A DNA stretch of 64,000 nt, taken from Macrostomum lignano (Eukaryota). Of this stretch, positions 13,092-26,000 are shown one piece after another. The stretch's first letter is position 1, and each line of letters opens with the position of its first letter. The stretch covers positions 305,454 to 369,453 of the forward strand of contig NIVC01000593.1 of NCBI GenBank assembly GCA_002269645.1. The letters are read 5' to 3'. A program made the translations under genes and the position numbers. Below the pieces are notes generated by a model. That model did no database searches. It was not told the origin of the DNA and worked only from the letters and a program-made list of their open reading frames with translations.

Positions 13092-16000
13092 ATGGCGATG
13101 AACGAATGCGCAGACTGCAATCGTGGCGGTCAGCCTGGCCGTCTATCGGACTGTCTGCATTGTTCGCGCCGGCTCTGCCCCACCTGTTTAGCTGGGCACG
13201 GGCGAGAGCTGCGGAAACAGGTGCGTCATTTTTACCTGTTTTAACTCGAATTTTGGCTTCTAATATGCATTGTATGAAGTGATACTACTATAATCCCATT
13301 ATTTTGTGTATCTTAAATCATGCACCAAAATGTATTTTTCTTTTATCCTCAAATGTACTTTTTCAGCATCTTTAAAATCTACGAGTAATTTTCCCCGACC
13401 TTCAGATGTGCTATTCTGTATTCTCCGTAAACGCTTTAGCGTTTTTACTGCGTTTTTTTATTGTGCTGCTTTACAGTAGGGGTTTTAGCCCAGTGGTTAG
13501 AGCGGCGGACTCACTACTGAAAGGTCGGGGGTTCGATTCTCGACCCACTCAGAGACACTTTAACTCTGCATTGCTTCATTCCACCCAGCTGTAAAATGGG
13601 TGCCAGCATTAGCTGGGGTAATTGAAGGTGCGTTTGGCGACCCCCCCAGTCCTTGGACTGAACAGCCGTTACGCAGCCTTCAGATGCGCCGCGCAATGGC
13701 TGCAGCTGAGCTGTCGGTTGCACATCTGCGTTCCTGCGTTTGTTTTTTTTATTTTGGCTTTTGGCTAGCACTGGGAAAGTTGAAGCTTTTGTCGTCTAAC
13801 TCCGCGCTTCCCTCGCCTCGCCATCGCAGGCGCTCGACCTCCATGCCGCCGCTGTCGGCCGCCTCGCCGAACTCGCCAACGGAGAAGCTCGAAATCGCGA
13901 ACGCGCCGCCGCTGTTGCTTTTTTCGACGAAGCGGCCGCCGCCTTGGAGGACCGTCGGCAGCGCGTGCTTGACCGCCTGGCCGGCCATGGCGAACTCGAC
14001 GACCTGCTGGACGAGTGCGGCCGGGCTCTGCGCGCCGTCGACACCGACGACACTGCCGATTCCGACGGCGGCAGAACCAACGGTGCGGACAAGACGGAGG
14101 CGGTGGAAGAGGAGGAGGACATGGAGGAGCTGGTCAGGCTGGTCCGCCTGCTGACGCCCCTGTCCGGTCGGCTGGCCGGGCCCGAAGGTCCCGTCTGCTG
14201 TCTGGAGGAGGCCCAATCTCGACTCTACGACCTCATTGACGCTGTCGACTACGCTATTGAAGCGGCCGACGCTGACGGATTCGGCAGTCTCGGCCTCGAC
14301 TTCGAGGCCGACGTGAACTCCGCCGAAGCCGTCGGAACGACGACCCCGTCGTCAGCGACGCCGTCGCCAATGCTGCCTACTTCTGGCGGTGTCGGCGTCG
14401 GTGGCTCCTCGCTAGTCGACGATTTTGATCAACAATTCAGAGACGCCGATCCCGCAGCCGTCGCGTCGGCTCCGCACCGAGACGAGCTGGAGTTCTGGGA
14501 GACGGATGCCGTCGCTATGGAATCGAGGCTTCGTCCGCGTAAAAAGAAGCGCCGCGGCAAAGTGGAAACTGACTCCAGCTGTCAGACGTTCAAAGCCGAG
14601 GGCCGGCCGGTGTCGCTGACGCATCTCTTAGGAAAATTCTACGCCGTGGAGACCCAGCCAGTGAAATGCGTTCGCGTGTACAACCAGGGCGGCAATTTCT
14701 TGAGCCAGTTGCAGTTTAAAGGCGAACCGGCCGAGACTGGGCCAAAGATTGATCCTTACCGGCTGGTGGCCTGCGCGGTGCGAGAGTGGCTTCTGTTAGT
14801 TGACAACCGTAACGGCTGCCTGCTGACCGTGTGGCCCAGCGGCTATGCGGAGCGCCGCATCGGCCCGGCCGTGTCGGCCAAGTATTCGCTTAGCAGGTTT
14901 GTCTGCGCCGACTGTTGTAAGATCTGGCGCCTGTTGTTAGATCTGGCGCCTGTTGTTAGATCTGGTGCCTGTTGTTAGATCTGGCGCCTGTTTTTAAATC
15001 GGGTGCCTGTTGTTAGATCTGGCGCCTGTTGTTAGATCTGGCGCCTGTTGTTAGATCTGGCGCCTGTTGTTAGATTTCTGGCGCCTGTTGTTAGATCTGG
15101 TGCCTGTTGTTAGATTTCTGGCGCCTGTTGTTAGATCTGGTGCCTGTTGTTAGCTCTGGTGCCTGTTTTTAGATCTAGCGCCTGTTGTTAGCTCTGGTGC
15201 CTGTTGTTAGATATCTGGCACCTGTTGTTAGATATCTGGCGCCTGTTGTTAGATCTGGTGCCTGTTTTTAGATCTAGCGCCTGTTTTTAAATCGGGTGCC
15301 TGTTGTTAGATCTGGCGCCTGTTGTTAGATCTGGCGCCTGTTTTTAAATCGGGTGCCTGTTGTTAGATCTGGCCCCTGTTGTTAGATCTGGCCCCTGTTG
15401 TTAGATCTGGCGCCTGTTAGTAGAACTTAGCTGCAGTCAGTAGATCTGGCAGCTGTAGTCAGTAGATCCGGCAGCTGTAGTCAGTAGATCTGGCAGCTGT
15501 AGTCAGTAGATCTGGCAGCTGTAGTCAGTAGATCTGGCAGCTGTAGTCAGTAGCTCGCCGCTTCCCGCAGACCAGAAGACGCGGCCACAGACGGCGAGCT
15601 GATCTTTGTCTGCTGTCCCCGTATCGGCGTGTTCATCTTCTCCTGCTCGGACGACTCTGTCCGGGCCACCCTGCCCCAGACTGACCCGGGCTGTCCGGTT
15701 CGACTCACCTGGTGTCCGGGCCCTCGCATCCTAGTTGCCACCCTGCGCTGCAAATCGAATAGATACGAATTTCTAGTACTGGAGGTGACCAATCCGGGTG
15801 GCAAGAATCCAGTCCTGTTGCCCTTGGCATCGGAGTCCTCGGCAAAATCCGACAACAGCTCGTCTGTTAGCCTGGTGTCGGCTGCCCAACCGGCTCTGGT
15901 TGCCATTGGCGACCGGTTGGTTTGCACGAAATCGGCCGAGAACGACTCGTCTGCTGGCTGTCTGATGTCGCTCGATTTGTCCGCCGCCGGCACAGCTGCC

Positions 16001-16150
16001 GCCGCTACCGCCGACGCGGCCGTCTGTCTGTTCAAGACTCAGTCTGGCCTGCTGGCCGACCTGTGCGAAGTTACCGACAGTCTGGCTGCCGCCTGCGACC
16101 CGCGGCGCAATGTTATCCTGCTGTTTGACTTGGAGAAGCTGCGGCTGTGA
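13092..16150 (+). CDS. B-box-type Zn finger + coiled coil + beta-propeller-like (TRIM-NHL-like) module; either a separate gene or exons 1-3 of the RdRP gene
   Basis: Exons 13092-13220, 13830-14896 (alternative donor 14881) and 15571-16146/16150 with GT-AG sites and matching phases 0 and 2. Motif C-x2-C-x11-C-x2-C-x4-C-x2-C-x3-H, then a helical heptad-like region and short beta-strand repeats (LLLVDNRNGCLL, LIFVCCPRIGVFIF, AACDPRRNVILLFD). Confidence 0.8.
13479..13750 (+). mobile_element. tRNA-derived CORE-like SINE in intron 1
   Basis: Head GGGGTTTTAGCCCAGTGGTTAGAGCG...GGTTCGATTC (A/B boxes), then ACACTTTAACTCTGCATTGCTTCATTCCACCCAGCTGTAAAATGGGT resembling the CORE domain, then a T-rich end. 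Confidence 0.8.
14920..15550. repeat. 19-bp (GTTAGATCTGGCGCCTGTT) followed by 22-bp (AGCTGTAGTCAGTAGATCTGGC) minisatellites filling an intron
   Basis: Tandem units from just after the donor to just before the acceptor at 15570. Confidence 0.95.
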
Positions 16151-16169
16151 CTGGCTCTGTTGTGAGGGT

Positions 16170-17190
16170 GTTGATCTCCCGGATATCACGTGGATTTGGA
16201 ACCTTAGACAATCTCCCGGATATCCCATGGATTTGGAACCTTAGACAATCTCCCGGATATCCCATGGTTTTGGAACCATAGACAATCTCCCGGATATCAC
16301 ATGGATTTGGAACCATAGACAATCTCCCGGATATCACATGGATTTGGAACCATAGACAATCTCCTGGATATCACATGGATTTGGAACCATAGACAATCTC
16401 CCGGATATCACATGGATTTGGAACCATAGACAATCTCCCGGATATCACATGGATTTGGAACCATAGACAATCTCCCGGATGTCACATGGATTTGGAACCA
16501 TAGACAATCTCCCGGATATCACATGGATTTGGAACCATAGACAATCTCCCGGATATCACATGGATTTGAACCTTAGACAATCTCCCGGATATCCATGGAT
16601 TTGGAACCATAGACAATCTCCCGGATATCACATGGATTTGGAACCATAGACAATCTCCCGGATATCCCATGGATTTGGAACCATAGACAATCTCCCGGAT
16701 ATCACATGGATTTGGAACCTTAGACAATCTCCCGGATATCCCATGGATTTGGAACCATAGACAATCTCCCGGATATCACATGGATTTGAACCATAGACAA
16801 TCTCCCGGATATCACATGGATTTGGAACCATAGACAATCTCCCGGATATCCCATGGATTTGGAACCATAGACAATCTCCCAGATATCCCATGGATTAGGA
16901 ACCATAGACAATCTCCCGGATATCACATGGATTTGGAACCATAGACAATCTCCCGGATATCCCATGGATTTGGAACCTTAGACAATCTCCCGGATATCAC
17001 ATGGATTTGGAACCATAGACAATCTCCCGGATGTCACATGGATTTGGAACCATAGACAATCTCCCGGATATCACATGGATTTGGAACCATAGACAATCTC
17101 CCGGATGTCACATGGATTTGGAACCATAGACAATCTCCCGGATATCACATGGATTTGGAACCATAGACAATCTCCCGGATATCCCATGGA
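16170..17190. repeat. 37-bp minisatellite GGATTTGGAACCATAGACAATCTCCCGGATATCACAT
   Basis: About 27 near-identical head-to-tail units, no spacers. Confidence 0.97.
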
Positions 17191-18274
17191 TAAAATCTCC
17201 TAAATATTCCTTGGATAAATCTCCCATATATTATTTGGATTTGCTGCTGAAAATCCGATTACAATAATTCAGACTCCCAGAGCCTAATTCTCGTACCGTT
17301 TAACAACTGACACAATTTTTAATTTTGAAAATATTTTCTTAATGCAGATTAAAGAATCCCATTTTGCTTTCACTTCTAGTCTGGTGTCGAAGTTTTCCTC
17401 TCTCTGATCAAATTTTTTTGCTGGCTGTAGACAACATTCTAACCATTCTCGATCGTACAGTCCGCAATCTCCCACAATCTGGCCACATCATAATTTGTTT
17501 TAATGTTTTTCCTAAATATTTCGCGCCTTTTTAAAAAAACTAACAGAGAATTTGGCCCTGTGTTTCGCCTTGTTGATGGAATTTCGAATTTTTAATGATT
17601 TTTTTTCCTTTTTCCTTACTGTTAGTAGCACAGTAAGGACTTTTGGACTTTTAAAAACAACTTTTTTTCTAATTTAAAACCGTCAATTAGAAAACAGATA
17701 TAGTCATTCCGGTCTTTGTACTTTTTCGATCTTTCTGCTATGTAATTTCTTTCGTCTTGTCAGAAAATAATGTTTATAATCTCTTCTTTTGATATTATTA
17801 TTTATTATCAATTTTTGTTAATTTTTGATGAATTCTCTAATACAAATTTAATAATCTGACCCAGGTTATGACAAAAGTAACCCCGTTATTGAGCTGTTGA
17901 TTAATTGCACTGTTACACTGCTGAACATACTACTATCGCATAAGTAGTTTCGGTTTCGTAAAATCATAAAATAAGCTATTTCTGTACAATTGATACTTAA
18001 GGTTGCCTTCCAGTTGTTAACTGTTTATTTTCTTTGATGAGAATTTTATTCACTGTTGATACATTGGATATTGTGGTCTAACAATCTTTAAAGTTTATTT
18101 TACTCTTTTTGGTTTCTGAGTTTAACTTTTGTTTTTTAAAATAATTTTTCTCTAATCTCGTTTTATCGGATTTGCAACTTGAATGCATGCTGAAACGTTG
18201 TGTAATTTTCGCCTCTATAATCATAATTATGCAGGTGTTATTAATCTCACGGTCTGTGCATTTTTCTGCAAATA

Positions 18275-18840
18275 AGCCCCCTCCCTACCTCACAGCCCCA
18301 TCCCACTGCCCCTACATCCCCATCCCACTCCCCTACAGCCCCATCCCCCTCCCTAAAGCCCCATCCCACTCCCCCTACATCCCCATCCCACTCCCCTACA
18401 GCCCCATCCCCCTCCCCCTACAGCCCCATCCCACTCCCCTACAGCCCCATCCCCCTCCCTAAAGCCCCATCCCACTCCCCCTACAGCCCCATCCCACTCC
18501 GCCTACAGCCCCATCCCACTCCGCCTACAGCCCCATCCCACTCCGCCTACAGCCCCATCCCTCTCCCCTAAAGCCCCATCCCACTTCTCACTCCCCTAAA
18601 GCCCCATTCCACTCCCCCAAAGCCCCATCCCACTCCCCTACAGCCCCATCCCATCCCCCAAAGCCCCATCCCACTCCCCTACAGCCCCATCCCATCCCCC
18701 AAAGCCCCATCCCACTCCTCTTACAGCCCCATCCCACTCCCCACAACCCCATCCCATCCCTCACAGCCCCATCCCACCCCCAAAGCCCCATCCCACTCCC
18801 CACAGCCCCATCCCATCCCCCACAGCCCATCCTACCCCAT
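18275..18840. repeat. ~21-bp C-rich minisatellite AGCCCCATCCCACTCCCCTAC
   Basis: Tandem degenerate units. Confidence 0.93.
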
Positions 18841-19489
18841 CAGAGTTAGTTAGCCACAGAGGAATCTCACATCACCCCCCTGTCAGTGTATACACCTCTG
18901 TCTCCCATCTCATCGATTTTTCAAGGTAATTTTTTTGCTTGCAAATTTCATTTTTTATTAAAAAAATTTCGAAAGCATTCCATTAGCAGCAGTCACGGTG
19001 GGCTAGTATAGTGTGTCTCAATAGTTGTATTATTTACAAAGCAGCTATATACTTAATACCAGGCATTGTTATTACATTCCATACTCTGACTAGAACATTT
19101 TTTATCTCAATTTTTAGGAACGCACTTGCCCTAATGGCTGATTTTTTCCGGCCTGTTATAAAAATATTCGCCGCACTTCCAGATATTGTTGCTAACTTTT
19201 ATTTGTTTTATTTACGCTGGTACTCTTGTCTTTAGGTGTTGGACTTCGTTTTTTGTTTGTTTTTGTTTCAATTTCAAATTGTTTAAACATTGATATTCTA
19301 TTTAGAGAGTGGAAATATATACTGAGCAATAATGTCTAACACAATCGCAACAGATAAATTATTCATTTTTAATGATTAATTAAAACTATTGTAGTCTAAC
19401 CTGTTACTTATTTATCTGCTTCTTTATCAGTGCCATCTAAGCTGCTAAACTAAACATTATTGGGCTTTTGCTTATAATTGTTTAGTCAA

Positions 19490-20060
19490 CAGCCCTACAT
19501 CCCTACAGCTCTGCATCCGTTACCTTACGTGTCTGCATCCTTACAAACCTACATCCCTGCATCTACACGACCCTACAATTTCTACTGCCTTACATGCATA
19601 AAATCCTACATCCCCACATCACTACATCCCTACATCCCTACATCCATAAACCCTACATCCCTACATCCAAAAAACCCAACATCCCTACATCCATAAAACC
19701 CTACATCCCTACATCCATAAACCCTACATCCCTACATCCAAAAAACCCAACATCCCTACATCCATAAAACCCTACATCCCTACATTCATAAACCCTACAT
19801 CCCTACATCAATAAAAACATCCCTACATCCCTACATCCATAAAACATCCCTACATCCCTACATCCATAAACCCTACATCCCTACATCCATAAAACCCTAC
19901 ATCCCTACATCCATAAAACACTAAATCCCTACATCGATAAAACCCTACATGGTACATCCATACATCCATAAAACCCTGCATCCCTACATCCATAAAACCC
20001 TTCATCCCTACACCCATAAAACCCTAATCCCTACATCCATAAAACCCTACATCCCCACAT
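19490..20060. repeat. C/A-rich minisatellite CATCCCTACATCCATAAAACCCTA
   Basis: Tandem units ending immediately before the acceptor at 20067. Confidence 0.92.
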
Positions 20061-20067
20061 CTTGCAG

Positions 20068-23000
20068 CTCCCACATGCGCCTGATTCTCTGCGGTCGCAG
20101 CCTTGAAGAGCTTCAGGACCGTCTGCTGGCCGCGTGTCGCCACTCCGACGCTCTGCGCAGATGTCGCCGGCGAACGATTCGACGAACTCGATGCGAAAAT
20201 TTCGATTCGTCTCTGGCCGAAATTCGGCGCCAAGAGGAGTCGATGGCGCCAGATTTTGCCAGCGCCAATTCGGCGCTAGACTTGCTGCTCGAGCATGGCC
20301 GAACGGACGTCGACATTGTCGACGGACAGCTGGGCGAGAGCGTCGCCCTCTACCGCAGCTCCCTTGTCGTGCTAATTCGCCGTCCAGTTGTTGACTTCAA
20401 CGCCGCGGTTGACGAGGAATATGTGAAAGAATTCGTTGAACTGTGCGACCACCTGTTGGTGCCACTCATGGGGCTGGTTGTTGACGCTTCCACTGAGGAT
20501 GGCCTGGCTGCCGCGGTGAAGTGAGTGCAGCTCTGCGTGAAGTACTAACCACAGCCGGCTTTGCTTAACTTTCTATCTGTAACAAACTAGGCTCTAGAGA
20601 CCCTCCGAAGCATTAAAAATGTGAATGACGATAAGTGAGGATTTGGGAATCGTGAATGATGAGACGTGAGGATCAAGTAATCGTGAATGGTGATACATGA
20701 TTTGGGAATCGTGAATAATGAGACATGAAGATTACTGAATGGTGAATGATTAGATGTGAGAATCAGGGAATCGTGAATAATGAGACGCAAAGATTAGGAA
20801 ATCGCAATAGATAAGAAATAAGAAAAAATAATGGGAAGTACCTGTGGAATGTGAGTAATCAGAGCGAAAGAAGAGAGTAAAATTATAAGTACATAACTGG
20901 CCGAAAATTACTACTGTCTATCAGACAGGGCTGTCAATTAAACTATTCAATTTACCCCCCCCCCCTTCATCCGCCAAAGATCCCTGAACAGCGCAATCGA
21001 AGGCGAGTTTCCCCTAGCAACGGCCTCGCTGAAGCACTACGCCGAGCTGGGCGCCAAAAAGAAGAAGCCAGCTGTCAAGCAGTCGATTCTGCATCACCTG
21101 GCCTTCTACGTGGATCCGCCTCCGTCAGCTCAGGACTGCGGCAACAAAGTACCGTTGTCGCTTCTCCACAATCAGTCGAGCAGTCGGCGACAGCGCGGGC
21201 ACCGAATCCGGGTGCTGATTGTGTCGGAGCACTTCGCCAAACAGTCCTGGGAGTTGGTAGAGAACCGATTGATAGCTGTTGAAGGTCCCGACCGGCTTCT
21301 GTTGTTGCAGTTCGAACAGCGGGTGCCCAGCTCGACTGTGGAGCATTTTCTACTAGAGGGAAACTCGCTGCTAGTTGCTGGGCAGCAATTCTCATATCTG
21401 GGCTGCAGCTCTGGCGGATTGAAGCAGCGCAAGTGCTACCTGTGGCAGGGCGGCGCCTCCGATGCGGAGGCTGTGTTGGCCTCGCACGGGGAGTTTCAGG
21501 TGAGATTTTTGCCCATTTTAAGTAAATCCCTTTCTAGTGAGTTTCTTGTCTTCGTGAAATGAGTCACTGTCTAGCTTATGGAATGAGTCACTGATTAGTT
21601 CATGGAATGAGTCACTGTCTAGCTTACGGAATGAGTCACTGTCTAGCTTATGGAATGAGTCACTGATTAGTTCATGGAATGAGTCACTGTCTAGCTTACG
21701 GAATGAGTCATTGTCTAGCTTACGGAATGAGTCATTGTCTAGCTTAAGGAATGAGTCACTGTCTAGCTTACAGAATGAGTCACTGTCTAGCTTACGGAAT
21801 GAGTCATTGTCTAGCTTAAGGAATAAGTCACTGTCTAGCTTACAGAATGAGTCACTGTCTAGCTTACAGAATGTGTCACTGATTAGTTCATGGAATGAGT
21901 CACTGTCTAGCTTACGGAATGAGTCACTGTCTAGCTTACAAAATGAGTCACTGTCTAGCTTACGGAATGAGTCATTGTCTAGCTTACGGAATGAGTCATT
22001 GTCTAGCTTAAGGAATGAGTCACTGTCTAGCTTACAGAATGAGTCACTGTCTAGCTTACGGAATGAGTCATTGTCTAGCTTAAGGAATAAGTCACTGTCT
22101 AGCTTACAGAATGAGTCACTGTCTAGCTTACAGAATGAGTCACTGTCTAGCTTACGGAATGAGTCACTGTCTAGCTTACGGAATGAGTCACTATCTAGTT
22201 GCAAATTCTGTTGCAAATAGCATGCTTAAAATGAATTGAAATCCGTCCGCGTGATTCTCAGGCGATCCCAAGCGTGCCCAAGCGCCAGGCCAGAATCGGC
22301 CTGCTATTCAGCTCTGTCCGCCCCAGTCACGTGACGGTTCCGTCTGACTGGCTGATCGAAGCTGCTGACATTCAAAACGCTCGCAGTTGTTTCACCGACG
22401 GCTGCGGCAGCGTCAGTCCAGAGCTGGCTCGTCAAATCTGCGCCGGTGTGTTCGGCGAAGGCGACGACACGGACGAGGAGTTCCTGGCGTCCATGGGGTG
22501 CGCAGACGGCGACGGACCCGCTGCACGCCAAGCTGCCCTACCGTCTGTCTATCAGGTTAGGAGACGGCTATCTGAATGCAAATTTAACCTTAACTCTGCC
22601 TTACCTGCAGCCACCCCACTCCGTGTTTTATCTGCAACCACCCCACTCCCTGCCTTATATGCAGCCACCCCACTCCCTGCCTTCCATGCAGCCACCCCAC
22701 TCCGTGTTTTATCTGCAACCACCTCACTCCCTGTCTTATCTGCAACCACCCCACTCCCTGCCTTATCTGCAGCCACCCCACTCCCTGCCTTATCTGCAGC
22801 CACCCCACTCCCTGCCTTATCTGCAGCCACCCCACTCCGTGTTTTATCTGCAACCACCCCACTCCCTGTCTTATCTGCAGCCACCCCACTCCCTGCCTTA
22901 TATGCAGCCACCCCACTCCCTGCCTTATCTGCAGCTACCCCACTCCCTGCCTTATCTGCAGCCACCCCACTCCCTGCCTTATCTGCAGCCACCCCACTCC

Positions 23001-26000
23001 CTGCCTTATCTGCAGCCACCCCACTCCGTCTATATTTGGTATTTATAAGTAATTTAAGCATCGAAGTTGTCAACCGCCGCCCAGATCCGCTACCGCGGCT
23101 ACAAAGGCGTGCTGGCCCAGGACCGCAGTCTCGGCTCGGCGCCGCGTATGCTAGTTCGACCGTCGATGCTGAAATTTCAAACCGAAAAGCACTCGGAAAT
23201 TAGTCTGTGCGAATATTCGCGACCTTACACTTTCGGACAGCTGAACAGGCAGTTTATTACTTTGCTTTCGGGTATGTCAATGGAAAAATATCTGTTCTAT
23301 TTGCTAGAATAGAAAACGGGTAGATTAAGTAGAATACCGGGTAGATTAAGTAGAATACCGGGTAGATTAAGTAGAATACCGGGTAGATTAAGTAGAATAC
23401 CGGGTAGAATATCGGGTAGATTAAGTAGAATATCGGGTAGATTGAGTAGAATACCGGGTAGATTGAGTAGAATACCGGGTAGATTGAGTAGAGCACCATG
23501 TGATTTAAGTCAAGTAGAGCCAAGTGTAACTTTTGTCTCATCGTCTCCCTCCCTCAGGCCTGGGCGTGCCCGACTCCGCCTTCCTGGCCCGCCAGTCTGA
23601 GCACTTCGACCGGCTCCGCCGCATGGCAACGGATCCTGAAGCGGCCATCGCTGTGCTGCGCTGGCGAGGCGAATTCCTTCTGGCAAGTCAGCTGCTGCGC
23701 ATGCACAAGGAGACGCTGACTGCGCCAGCCGGGTCCGACTTGATTAGCGTGAGTGGAATATTCTTTGTTGCTGGGCACACAGAGTCATCATTAGGCATTG
23801 TCCAGCTCTCAGGTGATTAGAGAGATTCATCATTAGGCATTGTCCAGCTCTCAGGTGATTAGATAGATTCATCATTAGGCATTGTCCGGCTCTCAGGTGA
23901 TTAGAGAGATTCATCATTAGGCATTGTCCAGCTCTCAGGTGATTAGAGAGATTCATCATTAGGCATTGTCTGGATCTCAGGTGATTAGAGAGATTCATCA
24001 TTAGGCATTGTCCGGCTCTCAGGTGATTAGAGAGATTCATCATTAGGCATTGTCTGGCTCTCAGGTGATTAGATAGATTCATCATTAGGCATTGTCCAGC
24101 TCTCAGGTGATTAGATAGATTCATCATTAGGCATTGTCCGGCTCTCAGGTGATTAGAGAGATTCATCATTAGGCATTGTCCGGCTCTCAGGTGATTAGAT
24201 AGATTCATCATTAGGCATTGTCTGGATCTCAGGTGATTAGAGAGATTCATCATTAGGCATTGTCTAGCACTAAGGTGATTAGAGAGATTCATCATTAGGC
24301 ATTGTCCGGCTCTCAGGTGATTAGAGAGATTCATCATTAGGCATTGTCCAGCTCTCAGGTGATTAGAGAGATTCATCATTAGGCATTGTCCGGCTCTCAG
24401 GTGATTAGAGAGATTCATCATTAGGCATTGTCCAGCTCTCAGGTGATTAGAGAGATTCATCATTAGGCATTGTCCAGCTCTCAGGTGATTAGAGAGATTC
24501 ATCATTAGGCATTGTCCGGCTCTCAGGTGATTAGAGAGATTCATCATTAGGCATTGTCTAGCACTAAGGTGATTAGAGAGATTCATCATTAGGCATTGTC
24601 TAGCACCAAGGTGATTAGAGAGATTCATCATTAGGCATTGTCTAGCACTAAGGTGATTAGAGAGATTCATCATTAGGCATTGTCCGGCTCTCAGGTGATT
24701 AGTGAGATTCATGTCTGTTCTGACTTGAAGGATCCAGACTCCCAGTTCATCCTACATCATCAAAATCTCAGGACGCCATGGCGCAGAGGCACAAAATTCT
24801 GTGCGCCAGACTCGCCAGCTTTCAATCGAAGCTGCTTGAACGCTGCGACCGCCTGCACATCCTGGTGCCGCTGTCCCGCAACCTGTTCGGAGTCTGCGAC
24901 CAAACCAATGAGCATCTGTTAGAATACGGCGAATGCTTCGTCCGGATCACTGACGGCGGCTCGCCGCTGAGTCTGCGCGGTCAGGTTGTGGTGACGAAGA
25001 GTCCCTGCTACCTGCTGGGCGACGTTCGGGTGCTTCGGGCCGTCACTGACGAGGACAAGCCGGGACTGGCGGCGCTGAACCACCTGGTGGACTGCATCGT
25101 GTTCCCGGTGCGGGGACCGCGGTCGCATCCTAGCGAGATTTCCGGCTCCGACCTGGACGGGGATCAATTCTTTGTGTGCTGGGATCCCGGTGAGGAGACC
25201 TAGTTGCTTGATCATTGTGTGTGTATTCGCTGTGCTGTCTGAGATGTACTTTAAAAGGAGGCTAAAATTTACTTTAAAAGCTCTTAATTTCACTTTTAAA
25301 GAGTAGTCGAGATGTACTTTAAAGAGTAGTCGAGATGTACTTTAAAGAGTGGTCGAGATGTGCTGTAAAGAGTGGATAAATGTACTTTAAAGATTGGCCG
25401 AGTTGTACTTTATAGAGTGGCCTAGGTGTATTCTTACGAGCGGCTAAAATTTATTTTGAAAAGTGGCTGAAGTGTACTCTATAGAGTAGCCAAGATGTTT
25501 CTAATTAAGAGCGCAAAGATAATGAGTTGAGGATCCTCATCCCGCAGACCTGTTGCCTCTGCATCAAGCTGAGCCGTACCACTACCAAGCTGCCGAGGTG
25601 CCTGCATCTGTCCGGCCGCCGACAAAAAATGATCTTATCCGGCACTTTGCCAGCCAGAATAAATTTCATGCTGTCACGTCAGAAATCGACACTCTGTACA
25701 AGAGCTGGGCAGACAGCCTGGGGCCGGACTGCTGGCAGTGCTGTGAACTCGGCCGTCTGTTCTCCCGCGCCGTTGACGCCGCAAAGTCTGGCGAGTTGGT
25801 GAGCATCGACCCGAAGCTCCGGTTGCCGACGGCAGCAGGTGCAACAAACCCCAGAGAATTCGTCTGGCAGCGAATGCTCGCGAGAGGTCGAAGACTGCGG
25901 AGCGATCTGTTTGTCAAAGCCGCTGTTGCCGCCCGAGCGACGGCGACGACAACCAAAACCGACGACGATAGCTATCCGACCCTCACGGTGGACAACGTTC

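Noticed and set aside
22274-23203. 309-aa ORF suggesting an (AATPLPALS)n insertion inside the RdRP
   Set aside because: The repeat lies in a 529-nt GT-AG intron; splicing restores the canonical PSVYQ-IRYRGYKG motif, whereas read-through shifts the frame
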